From: Azolla caroliniana
Lineage: Eukaryota > Plantae > Polypodiophyta
Assembly (NCBI GenBank): GCA_043228905.1
Contig: JBHGNT010000148.1
Coordinates: 1 to 64,000 of the forward strand
DNA length: 64,000 bases
Direction of reading: 5' to 3'
Shown: piece after piece, positions 39,984 through 52,509 of the stretch
How positions within the stretch are numbered: the first letter of the stretch is position 1
How the letters are laid out: every line of letters starts with the position of its first letter
Made by a program: the position numbers and the translations under genes
The notes under the pieces: model-generated
What the model saw: only the letters and a program-made list of their open reading frames with translations
What the model was told of the DNA's origin: nothing
Database searches by the model: none

Positions 39984-41510
39984 ATGTTAATGGAAGCGAG
40001 GAAAAACAAGTCAGAGTACATAGAGCTAGATCTTCTAAGATCGACTAAGCCGCGTCCAAGTCCAACTTATGTCGGAATGGATGTCAGGGGGGTTTCGAGT
40101 CCAATTCATGCTAAGGTGGCGAACCCGAGCGCTTCTAGTGGCTTGAGTCTTGTGGCCGATGCCCATGTGGACACAACGAGTGTTATTGTTGTTTCCGGTG
40201 ACCCATGTCCAGCCGATGATTTTGAGGCGGGCCAAGGGCTTCCGAAGCACCCGAGGTGTCCACGTCCAACTGACACTCGAATGGATCTCGAGAATTCGAA
40301 GAGATCAAGAAGTCCGAAGAAATCAGGAGGGGGTAAAGGTAAACACATGGAGTTTGAGTTTGTGAAGCCCCATGGGTCAACAAGCTTCATGGCCAAGAGG
40401 CACCATGTGATGATTATGGGAGAGCCATCACTAGGACAAAGAGGAGGAGAAGGAGAGGAAGGTATGGAGATACAAGCTTCTGCAGATAAGCTCTTCTTTA
40501 AGGGCCAGCTCCTTCCTTTAGAGCAAGACCCAAGGTTACATGTAGTGCAAACTTTATCAAAAGGAGAGAACTATGAAGAAGAAGAAGAAGAGGAAGAGGA
40601 AGAAGAGTTGGTTCATCATTCTTGTAGCATTGATGATGGTGTGAAGTCAAGGTCTTGTACCGAAGTGTCTCGCGCAGATTTGAGCTTCCGATCTCAGCAA
40701 AGTAGTAGTTATTGGGGATGCAATTCTGAAGAGAAAGACTCTAGTAACTCTTCTTCGAGATGCTCCAATGGCAGCTCACAAGACTCATTGCCTCACAAAA
40801 CCATCTCTTCTCATCCTCAATCTACTATGCATAGCATCAACCAAAGACCCAATTCTTCATCCAAGGCATGGAATTGGAAAACCTTGCTGGGTAAGCTATG
40901 GAGTGAACCTTCTCATAAACAAAGGGTGCCCAAAAGCTCGGACTTGTCGCCCGAGAAACGGACGTCTCGACAAGGTCTCGAGGAGGAGGGTTCAAATCGC
41001 ACGAATCACTTCATTGGGTTCGGATTTTCTAGGGGAGATAGGGATGAGAAGACGCGGAAACAACTCGACAATCTCCTAAAGATTGGGATTAATGCTAAGG
41101 AGAGTTGGCATAGGTGTGTTGCCAAAATGAAGAGGCCCATACTAGTGTATAGGAACAAGAAGAAGAAGAATTCCTTCTTGAGTGTGCATTTTGGGAGGGA
41201 GGAGAGCTATAGCCATGGGTCTTTTAATATGACGAAAAGCTTAAGTAACACTCCTCTTACAAAGTCGCCTATGAGAGACTATGATTCCATCTACGGCATC
41301 GGCCCTAGCTCATCCTCTAAATATATCCATCTTGGATGTACATCGAGTTGCCCTGGGTCGCTCATATCGTCACCCCATCACAGTGGGGTCCTGGGTTCAA
41401 GCTCTTTCAACAACAAATTAACTCATTCACCCTCTTCTCTTCGTGACCTCCACCTCGCCATTCAAGGAGCCATTGATCATTGCAAGCAATCCCAATATGT
41501 CACACATTAG
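39984..41510 (+). CDS. MAKR: Membrane-associated kinase regulator (MAKR/BKI1 family), intronless, 508 aa
   Basis: SADKLFFKGQLLPL family motif, Ser-rich disordered middle, basic RNKKKK patch, SSCPGSLISSPHHSGVL, and C-terminal DLHLAIQGAIDHCKQS (BKI1/MAKR1-type C-terminal motif). The true start may be a later Met. Confidence 0.88.
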   Translation: MLMEARKNKSEYIELDLLRSTKPRPSPTYVGMDVRGVSSPIHAKVANPSASSGLSLVADAHVDTTSVIVVSGDPCPADDFEAGQGLPKHPRCPRPTDTRMDLENSKRSRSPKKSGGGKGKHMEFEFVKPHGSTSFMAKRHHVMIMGEPSLGQRGGEGEEGMEIQASADKLFFKGQLLPLEQDPRLHVVQTLSKGENYEEEEEEEEEEELVHHSCSIDDGVKSRSCTEVSRADLSFRSQQSSSYWGCNSEEKDSSNSSSRCSNGSSQDSLPHKTISSHPQSTMHSINQRPNSSSKAWNWKTLLGKLWSEPSHKQRVPKSSDLSPEKRTSRQGLEEEGSNRTNHFIGFGFSRGDRDEKTRKQLDNLLKIGINAKESWHRCVAKMKRPILVYRNKKKKNSFLSVHFGREESYSHGSFNMTKSLSNTPLTKSPMRDYDSIYGIGPSSSSKYIHLGCTSSCPGSLISSPHHSGVLGSSSFNNKLTHSPSSLRDLHLAIQGAIDHCKQSQYVTH

Positions 41511-42999
41511 GTTGAAAAATGTCCTAGCCTAATTGAAGTAAACATGTGAAGTCTTTCGAACCATAATCAATCATGTAAGGTGTCATATTGTTTCAACATT
41601 TCTTTCTTATCATGGTATATACACACACACACACCCTAGTTCAGAATCTTGTTTTACTCAAAAGTATTATACCCATCACGATATATACCCTACCTACATT
41701 AATCTTCTTGGTTACTACAAGAAGTCATAACCGAGGGACGATTCACTTTGATCCAATATATCTCTACATGTTAAATGTATTGTGTACTAGTAGCCTCCTC
41801 CTCATGGCCCCTTGTTATAACCATGTAACTTTTGCTTGCCTTGTAAGTTCTAAGTTTTTCACATGTTTTCTTTTCTTAGGAATTAATGTCACCAAGGACA
41901 TGCAATCGACACTTATGGAAATCCATGGGTCACACATTTAGATTTTATGCTTCAATAATATCATACCTTGCCATGCCATAATACCATTTACGCGTTCATG
42001 ATGTGTAGTAGTCAACATTTTTATAATCGTGACCTTCGACAATGAAAGTGCCAACAAAAGTACAAAAATAGAATTCTTGCTTGACCATGAGTTGAGAGTC
42101 TTTAAGTTTTAAGTGATTTCACTATTCCATTGTCAATAAGCGACAAGATCAAAATATATGGGTTTATGGCTTCCACAACTTTAAACTGAAACATAGTATT
42201 TTCCGTGCAATATAGTTAGGATGGGATTTTATTGTGATAGCAAAAACTCTAAAATAAACATCAAGTTTTGTTTATTTCCCTATATGCCCTTAGTCAACCC
42301 CTCTCAAGCAATTATATGAGGCACTCTTGAGCAACAATATAGTTTGTTCATCCCTTGTTTGTCAATTTGTGCTATCTAGGCAAATTTACAATCAATTCAT
42401 CCTCCCCTATCTTTTGAGATTAAGCAAGGGTATTTATAGAAAATTCAATGGAGAGGCCATTTAATTGTTCAATGCGTTCATTCGGTGGACTCTAGAGTGA
42501 CTCACAATATGGTCTAATCTTATGATAAGAAACAATTTTATAATACAATGGGGCTCCCTTCTTATTCTTCTTGCATTGAGTGGGTTATTATTTGTGGGAA
42601 CAATTTGTTGGGTCTCATAGGCCATTATGGTCTTACAAAGATGGTAAAATATCTTCATTTTGTCCTTCGTCCCTTTCTTTCTTACAAGTATTGGCAAACA
42701 AGGGTCGCTATGATGTCAAAATTTATGGGATGATGCTAATCCCAATTCTTCAAAACCTCGGGTTACCCTATTTCTCAAAATATGTAGTGTAGTATCTCTC
42801 AATTGTGATGCTTCTACAATCTGCCTTGTTATGGGCCCCTTTATCCGTAAATGTTTCTTGCTCTTGTTATGCCATTGGAGCATTACAATATAAAGAAATA
42901 TGGAAATACGACACCAATCATTGTGAAACCCTCTCAATACCAATGCATACTTTAAGAAAGAGGAAACAAAGGAATGAATCATATCAGCGCGAGGAATGA

Positions 43000-43848
43000 T
43001 CAGTAAGCAAATCCCATTTTTTCAGTACTAGGTAAAAATGGGTAGAGAATTGGTAAGGAGAGGTGTGGCTGTTATGCTAGCAACTTGCAAATTTTGGAGA
43101 TATGATAATGTACAAAACTCTTGGTTGGATGCTTATTGGAAATGGCTATGCACCATGCAAATTTCTAAAAGTTGTATTGTTTAGATAATTGTTGGTACAT
43201 TATGGCATTCCAGAGGGGGCATTGCCATGATTTAAAATGTGATAGTTGTGGTTTTCCCATTGAAACAGTTCACCATGTTTTATGGGTATGTCCTATTGCT
43301 AGAGCAATTTGGAAAAGAATGTTGAGAAATTTGTATCCTATTTATGGTAAACATGTGTATACATCGGGTTTTGTGAGATGGGGAAGGGTGGCTGAAGAAA
43401 TACAGAATTATGAAAAGGAGTATGTTGATTTTCTTCTCCTCTCTGATGGAAGACATGCATTGGAGGTCTCTTATACTACAACAATCCGTAGTTTGGAAGA
43501 GGACAAGGTTTGGTCAATGATATCTTCTTTAGTAGTTTGGGTATTGTAAATGTGTATTTCAGAAAGTCAAACAAAATGCGGTTCAGTTAGTCAAGGAGAT
43601 ATGGTGTGTTTTGTAAGCAACAACATTTTTGAGAAATTTGGAAAAAGACAGAGGTCTTCACCTCTCTTGGGGAGAGAATAAAGTGGAGATATGCTCCATC
43701 AAGTTCGCTTTTTCTTCCCCCCTGTCTTGGAAGGACCCTACATGAGGGCTTTTGTTACTCGACATGTTGGTTGATGTGGGTATGAGGGTTGTTTTAGCCT
43801 TTGGACATCTTTCCATTAATACCAAGGTGAATCTTTATTAAAAAAAAA
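43000..43848 (+). mobile_element. 5'-truncated LINE 3' fragment (third family) with A-tail
   Basis: CDSCGFPIETVHHVLWVCPIARAIW zf-RVT, stops and frameshifts, ending gaatctttattaaaaaaaaa. Confidence 0.85.
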
Positions 43849-46029
43849 CCTCAAATATTTTACTCTTAGACATGAGGTGCTATTGTAATGCAATGCAATT
43901 GATATCATGATACGTATGGAGTTAAATAGTAGTTTTACCCCAACTTTCATAATTGAGCTCCCCATTAGGAAATAACTAGGATGAAGCCTTACCATTTATT
44001 GGTTGATCATGAAGAAGGGGATGGATGCAAAGAATAGTATAGAAGGTTCACACTTTTAAGAGTTTTGAGGGACATGATCTCTATCCAATGAAGTCAAAAG
44101 TAAAAGGATACCACATGCATGGAAAACAAGTAATTTCAATGTTGAAGCATGTGTTAATTATATAAGTGAATAGAAGATAAACAACTCCATGTGATGCCCC
44201 ATGGTGGATTAGAAGTGGAAGTGTAGTTTCATGTTATGCATACTAGATCGAGAAAGATAATTGTGGAAACAACCACAAGATTTAACAAAGCACTCAACGA
44301 ACGGAGTAAAGGGTATGAGTGAATGGAGAAAAACACCAAAATGTCAAGTTTTGCAATACATAGTTTAAAGTGAGCCCTAAAAGAAAGTATAGCTCAACCA
44401 ATGAAAGTAACCATTGGAATAGTTAAGTCACAGGTTCGATGCTCATGGAAACCCTTAGGTTACAAAGTAAAAAGATATGCTACAATGACCAAGGTGACAT
44501 ACCATTGATCATAGACTTGCCATGCTAAATCTCAAGGATATCCTCCCAACACCTTTCTTTTTATTTTCTCATCTTATTAAAAAGGTTCAAAGATTGGAAA
44601 TGTAATCTCGATTCAATTCCTCCCTATGTTCCTTAATTGGACCGAGGCCCCTCTAAATTGCCCCTAGGTCCAAGGGAAGCCCAAATTGTCCATACTTCCC
44701 TTTTCAAACTTAGGGCGATCCTAAATAAACTCTAGTTCTAGGCTTCAAGAGCTTTGTTACACAAGAAACACAAGAAGTGTATATCTCTATTAAGTTGGGC
44801 ATCAAAATGATAACAACGTACAATAGCAATGATAGCTCATGTGCTCCTAAAAGATTAGTGAATGAATCACCTTCCAATAAATTCTAAGGTTTCACTCTAC
44901 AAAATTGTTGTTAATTTTAAGGACCATTAACCCACCCATAGTGGTCAATGCAACCTTTTCTAATTGATTGCATGTGTGAGGGTAGTTGAAACCAAACATG
45001 AGGAGCCTGCATAACTTGAGGCACCCTTAGTTCATGGCCATGGGGTTACACACATCTTACAACGAATGGACTGATACGAAATGTTCTTTTCCATGAAGTT
45101 ATAAATATTTCATGCTTATAGGATTACTTGTGTTTACTCAACTTTTGATCACGGAGAGAGCGAGAAAATGATACTTGTGAGGACATTAGAAGGTAAGTTA
45201 TTGAGAAAGAGGGTGACAATGGGGTAAAACTCAACGATTCATAAAAAGCCCCATTCAGATTTTGAGGCTTAAGAAGCAACTCATGTGGTAATGATATATT
45301 GGTATGAAGGGGTAATGAATCATGATGCCGTATCATGTCGATATATTTTACAATAGTACATAGTCTTATCATGGATCAAATAATGGTCGCTGATAATGGC
45401 TTTAATTTACTTGTTCATGCCCAATGGGGCGTCTAGAGTCCTACTAGTGATCACTAATGTTTGAAATTTTGGCACGCTAATAGATTTACTTGAGATGTGG
45501 ATATGTACATACATATCCTTGTCATGTTGGGTTCCTTCACAAATTGTGTAGCATGGAGGTTTTTCATCAACATAGTTTATGCAACTAATTACATTATTTG
45601 GTATATTGTTTCTATTAGTAACCACATGGTCCAACTAATTACAATGTGAAGTTATGTTCCTAAAAATAGTTCTATCTTTTGGGAATTTTGAAGATACGCT
45701 TTTTAGCAATGTGGTCCATGACATGACATGACATGCAAATACTAACATTGTACAAAATTGCCAGCCTTTTTTTCTGTTCAAATTGTCATCTATAATGCAT
45801 GTGAGCATGCATTTTACACTCTCAAGATAAAGTGGTTATAGAAATTTTCCATATGGATGTCCATATGCTAAAATTTATGCAGTCATTTGTCCTTGTGGTC
45901 CTCCCTATGATTGTCGGTTTGGTGATTTACATCACTTACTGTCAAAAGTAATGAAATGGAGAAAATCCAAGTTTGATCCTCAACTTGGCTTTATCTTGAC
46001 CCCTACATTGCAGTTTGGTACATGCACTC

Positions 46030-46406
46030 TACCTTGTCCACTATATTGTGTTTTGGGCTCATTGGAAATAAAACACTAACTCTAAATTTCTCCAACTTTT
46101 TGATGCATAAATGCCTTCACTTGAGTCTTGATTTGTAATGGAACCACGTCTAAGATTCATATTAGTCATTTCGTTGTGTAAGCATTTAGTGGATTGCATG
46201 TTTTGATCCACAATATGTACCTTGTTTGCTATATTGTGGTTTGGGCTCATTGGACATAAAAAAATAACTCTAAATGTCTCCAATTTTTTGATGCATAAAT
46301 GCCTTCATTTGAGTCTCGATTTGTAATGGAACTACACATAAGATCCATATAAGTCTTTGTATTGTGTAAGCAAGTAGTGGGTTGCATATTTGGATCCACA
46401 ATATGT
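46030..46406. repeat. Tandem duplication, 2 x ~188 bp
   Basis: taccttgt..ctatattgtg.tttgggctcattgga...gatccacaatatgt starts at 46030 and again at 46218. Confidence 0.88.
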
Positions 46407-47070
46407 GTTATAGACATGACCATAATTTATCCCAAGGTACTGTGTACCGTTGTACTCTACACACGAGGATAAAAGTGTGAGGATTAATCGTGAGTGTAAA
46501 GAAGGGGGGATCACTTTAATCCTTGGGATTCGAACAACCCATGGGGGCCAAGGGTGCACTTGCATGGGGGGCCTTAGGTCTAGCTATAAATATGAGCCCT
46601 AGCTATCCTCATTAGACACATTATTCAACTACGTCGAGGAAATGAACTTGTAGTGAATAGACTCGATGCTATGGCAGTGGTATGGGACGCCATTCAAGGC
46701 TCATGTCCGTCTCAATCCCTTTGCTTGGGAGTGGTTGAGTGGATCAATGTCTTCTTTCACTCTCTTTCTCTTTACTATCTATAATTTATTTCACTGTCTT
46801 ATGCTTACATTGGAAAATGCCAGCACATATAATGTTGAGATTAATTATCCTTAATTTTGTATAGAATTGACACTACTTGACATTTTAGGTGGGACAACAA
46901 AACAATATCTCTTGCTATTTGAGCATGGTGACACAATTTTCAAGTCTACTTGGGGTGCTTGAAAATGTCTAACAAAAAATAATGGAACACTGTACTAATG
47001 GGAGAACCAATCATACTTAATTACGTAGCAAGTTATAGATTGGAACTTATGTGGTCTTAAGAAGATAATG

Positions 47071-47815
47071 CTTTTTTTGAAGTCAAGATTCACCTTGGTA
47101 TCAATGAAAGATGCCCAATGGCTACAATGAACCCATACAATAAAATATACCCTCCTACCCACATCAATCTACATGTCTAGTAGCAAAAGCCCTCATGTAG
47201 GGTCCTTCCAAGACGGGGGGTTGAAAAAACCATCTTGGTGGAGCATATCTCCACTTTATTCTCTCCCCAAAAAAGGCGAAAACCTCCGCCTTTTTCCAAA
47301 TTTCTCAAAAATGTTGTTGATTACGAAACACAACATCAGACTCATCAGGTATTGCCTCATATTGACCTCTTAGAGTATGCAGGAGCATCAACCATATTCC
47401 TTGACTAACTCAACTGCATTTAGTTTGACTTTCTGAAATACATATTTACATATTGCCTTCCATAATACCTGAACTACTAAAGAAGATATCATAGACCAAA
47501 CCTTGTCCTCTTCCAAACAACGGATTGATGTAGTATAAGAGACCTCCAGTACATGTTTTCCATCGGAGAGGAGAAGAAAATCAACATACCCCTTTTCATA
47601 ATGATGTATTTCTTCAACCAACCTTCCCCATCTCACAAAACCCACCCCACATATACACATGTTTACCATAAATAGGTTACAAAATTCTCAAGATTCTTTT
47701 CCATACTGCTCTAGCAATAGGACATACCCATACAACATGGTGAACTGTTTCAGTGGGAAAACTAGAACTATCACATTTTAAACCAGACTTCACAAGAATG
47801 CTATAAGGTACCAAC
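47071..47815 (-). mobile_element. 5'-truncated LINE, same family as 43000-43848, with 12-bp TSD
   Basis: Reverse-complement homology to ~43190-43848. T-run at 47072. TSD aagaagataatg at 47059-47070 and 47816-47827. Confidence 0.92.
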
Positions 47816-50556
47816 AAGAAGATAATGTTTTTATAGTCTTATTCTTAGAATAAGTGCACCTATAAAAAAGAAGTTACCATAGAGAAGTAATTGACCAATA
47901 TGCACGACATTCGTTAGAGAATGTGTTGATTAATAATTTGTGTCAATAATATTAAATACAAAAATGTGTATTGTTTCAAGGTGACGTATAGGTTTGTTTC
48001 GAAGGCCTCTTAATGACTTCTATGGAGTATGAGATTAATTTTCAAAATCAATAGTGATTTATCTTATTAGTAAAGCAGTTGTGAAGCTACAAACACAACA
48101 CCAAAAGACTATGGAAAAGAGAACCAAAAACACTTCAAAAAAATCAACACATTATATTGAAGATATGATGTGTGCAATTTGACAAAGGCCGTAACAAAAC
48201 ACAAAATTCTTGGACAAGAGAGATTCATAGCTAATGTGGAACCATTATGTGAAGGCTCCCTTACATACTGAGGGAACAATCTATGTAGTAGTGAATGCAT
48301 GTGTAGCAATTAGCTAAGAGGATCTTCTACAACATCGTACATGGAACCATCTCTTTCCTAAATGCATATAGGATAATTATGCAAGTGGATAATCTAAAAC
48401 AATATTCTTGTGTAAATATAAGTGATGACCAGATTTGTATGATCATAAGCATGCCAAAAAAACATTGCATTCTCCTATTACCATTTGTAATAATGGAAAA
48501 GTTACCAAAATACCCCTACTTGTTAATAAACTTCCCAAACTACACCCTTCAGAGGATAAAATTGAATTATAACATTACCATTCCAATCACACTATCTTAT
48601 TCTTTGAATTCCTAAAAGACTCTCTCAAAAGGAAGCCCCCTTGTTCTCTCAATTGTACGGTATCATATAGTTCGATGCATCGAACCATGAGGGTTTTGTA
48701 CAAGGAGAGTTCGTAATGAAAAGGGAGAGAGACAAGCATGGACAAGAGATAGAGATATTGTATGATTCAAGAAGCACGTGTATATGATAAGTGCACATGA
48801 GCTATCTCGATTTAATGCTTAATTAGTTGATTGCTATGATGATTCACTAATTTGATCGATGCCTACATGTTTCCCTTCCCTCTCTTTATATAGTTGTTCA
48901 CAAACATATGTTGTATGTGAGAGGTCATGAGATGCATGTGATGTATGATCGCCATTTGGTGCACATACGTTACATCTGATGCATGATAGCCATCTTGCTT
49001 ATATGAGTTCCCATGTATAGAAATAGAATAAGACATAGTAGAGTGATGAGATAGTTACATAGCGTAGCTTATCCTAATGGTTTATACCTTATACTTGATG
49101 TATGGCTATAGGTTTAAGCCTCACTAATGTCACTTCATATAATATTTGAAATACTTCACGACAACAGAAACAAAGTTAAGAGGGAGAGGAGTATATTTAG
49201 AATTTGAAAACTAAGAGGGATTAGGAAAGTTGAAAAGTAAGTGATAGATAGATATGTTGATTTTATTATCATTATTGGATGTCAAATATGACCTATGGAA
49301 TCAAAAGTGAAACATTTTTACGTAGTATATGTGGAATTAAGTATTGACTCTCAATACCCAAGAATTTCACAAATGTTGCAATCAAGAGGACACATTATGA
49401 TTGTGAGAGGAATGTGTGTAAGGAGGACTGGAACTTGATTGCATGGTTAATGTAGTGGATTGTATCAAAGTGTTTACTGTGTCTCCCGAAATTATTAAAA
49501 GAAAAATATGTATAGTCAAATGCTCTCCTCACTTGCACCCCAATGCCTTGTCTTACTGAAAAAAGAATGTGAGCTAAGTTGTATTGAAGCTTGGTTTGGT
49601 TGATGAAAAATTGGATGACCTTTAGCATGTACCAATCAATTTAGTTTCCTCTTTTGGAGAAGCACATGATTTTGTAGTTAGTTGCAACATATGCAATACT
49701 ATGTATCAAACATGATCCTCCAAGTCTTTTCCAAGTTGTGATATTAAATGAAATTCCATCTCTTCTAAGCATGTGGCCTATCACTTCCTCAAAGATTTGA
49801 GAAATTGTAAGCATATTTCACTTGGTACCTAAGTTCTTTCATATGTCTTTAAATATGTTCACAAGGAATCATATCAAAAGATTTCATGCATTTAAGATGA
49901 ATACTTAAAGTTATATGATCTTCACCGAACATACTGGTTGATGGCCTCTGACTCTCTTGTAATTTAGAAACCAAGTGATTCATAATCATTTCTTCTATTA
50001 TTGGTGATGTTGTTACATTGAAATCATCATGTTTAGAGAAGATAGAGAGAGGAGTATTTTGGGAATCGGAAAAGTAAGAAGAAAGAAAGTAGAGGAGACA
50101 AAAATCTCAATTTGGTAATATCAAGCTTTTCAAGAGTCATTTATGCGTTTTGGGAACAATTAAAGTTATTTTGGTAAAATTCCCTATAGTTGTACAATGA
50201 ATGCAAAATTACAGCCAAATTTTAGTGAGGATAAAATGAATAGGAACTATGTGTGAAAAACATTGCGTCTCATGAAATTGGATGGATTTGAAGTATTGCT
50301 CAAAAGAAGTTAGTGTAATATGCTTATTCGTAAGGTACAAAGAGAGATAATGGTATACTTATGTGTCAAACCTAGTATGGTCAAACACCTCAAGTTCATA
50401 TTAAGAGTGAGTGCTAAATAACTTTGGGAAGACGGACTATTGTCTTTAGAGGGGGCAAAATGCATTGGGCCTTGAAGGTGGTGGGGTCAAGGAGAAGAAG
50501 TGCAAACTATGTGCAAGATGTAATGGAAGCACATTGTTACTTAAATAAATAAAATG

Positions 50557-50558
<2 letters not shown>

Positions 50559-50644
<86 letters not shown>
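50559..50644. repeat. Compound (AT)n(AG)n microsatellite ~20 bp upstream of the protease ATG
   Basis: Direct reading. Confidence 0.92.
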
Positions 50645-50645
<1 letters not shown>

Positions 50646-50664
50646 ACCAAAGTAGTAGAGACAA

Positions 50665-51933
50665 ATGACACACAACATGTGGATGACAATAGCAATAGTA
50701 GTACTATTGGTGGTTCCGGTGGTGGCAAATGTGGCAAATGACATCAGTGGCTTGAATGAAACAAAGTTGTTGAAGATGTTTGAGGCATGGATGCACAAAT
50801 TTGGAAAGGACAAGGTGTATGGTCACAATCCCCTCCTGAAGCTCAATCGATTCAAGACATTTAAGAAGAATGTACAGTATGTGTTGAGACACAACAAGAT
50901 TTCTTCTTCTTCGTATAAGCTTGGCATCAACAGTTTTGCGGATATCACATTTGATGAGGCCCTCACTAGCCTATTGGTTGGGCACCAAAAGGATGGGTTC
51001 AAAACAACCAAACATAACCGTATATTGGCCCACGAGCAACCAACAACATCCCCCCGTCCTTGCACTACCGCCTCACAATTCGATTGGAGGTCACAAAATG
51101 TCGTCACTCCAGTTAAAGATCAAGGACAATGTGGTATTTATAATAATCCTTTCTTTCTTTCAAGGTCTTGCATTCTCTATCTATCTCTCTTAAGTTTTAG
51201 ACTCATGATATAGGAAGTTGTTGGGCATTCGCTGCTGTCGCTGCAATCGAGAGTGCACATGCTATTAAAACGGGTCGCCTACTCCGTCTCTCGGAACAAG
51301 AGTTGGTGAGTTGTGAGACAAAATACTCTAATGGTTGTGCAGGTGGATCCAAAGGCGCTGCCATGCAATGGGTCGTTAAGAACAAGGGAATTGACTCACA
51401 ATTGAGTTATCCCTACTTTAGTGGCATCACAAGAAATCGTGGCACTTGTAACTTCAAAAAAGTATTGTCTTCTCTTGCTCTAGAAGAACAAGTGCTATAA
51501 ATTTGCCACGACGATTCTAGCATTAAATATCTAAAAACATTTTGTTATTTTGTTTATCTTATAGGCACACACTCACAAGGTGGCAACCATATCTAGAGTG
51601 GTCACTGCCCCTATGGCCAATGAAGCTGCTTTGTTATGCATTGTTGCAAAACAACCCGTTACTGTATCTTTGTTTGCAAACAATGACTTCCTTCGGTATT
51701 CGAATGGTATTTTTGATGCTAACACAAGTTGTCCCTATCAACTAGGGACATCCAATCATGCTGTGACATTTGTTGGATGGGGACAAACTCTTTCTGGTGT
51801 CAAGTATTGGATTGTGAAGAACTCTTGGGGACGCTCTTGGGGCATGGATGGATATGCCTACATTAAGAGAGGTGGAAGCATTCCACATGGAGTTTGTGGA
51901 GTCAATAATAACCCTATATATCCTATCATATGA
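50665..51933 (+). CDS. Papain-like cysteine protease (C1A) with I29 prodomain, 3 exons, 361 aa
   Basis: Exons 50665-51133, 51214-51461, 51565-51933 (1086 nt). Signal peptide, FEAWMHKFGK, ERFNIN-like NRFKTFKKNV, GINSFAD, DWR..VTPVKDQGQCGSCWAF (catalytic Cys), NHAV (His), WIVKNSWG (Asn). Confidence 0.95.
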
Positions 51934-52509
51934 CATTTTCTTGACGGATTTGATGACTCTAGGAGCTAGAAAACATACAAATGACTTATAGGTTTAATAG
52001 AACAACTTATTTCTCCATTCCAAAAACAACTTGTATATAAATACATTTATCAATTGTCAAATATCTTTCACATGGAAAAGGATTATTCATGGATATGATG
52101 CTCCAAACTAATTCATGAAGAAGACACAACGTGCATTGCACAATGTGATGATTTTTCTATGTTCTTGGAATGAAACATAAAAAATCTTCAGCATGTGCTT
52201 TTGTGCATGTATATAATATAATCTGACAACAGAGTGAATCCCAAAATATAAAAGTACTGCTAAGAAAATGAACCCTAAAAAATTAATGTTTTATCGCATC
52301 ATAAGTAAAAACTAAGCATTCATTAAGCCAAATTCGAACAACACCGATAAGAAACAAAAAGTTGTGTGTATGAGTAGACTCTAATGCATTGCCTCTTATT
52401 TGCAAACCTGGTGATATTAGTTTGAATTTGAAAGTCTCATCAAAGTGTTTACTAGTACATGATATAAACAAATCATACTAGCACATATGCAACTTTGCGA
52501 ATAGTTTAA

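Noticed and set aside
48654-49166. Solo-LTR-like segment (TGT...ACA) containing the 16-bp palindrome gttcgatgcatcgaac
   Set aside because: No TSD and no second copy in the window, so it cannot be supported.
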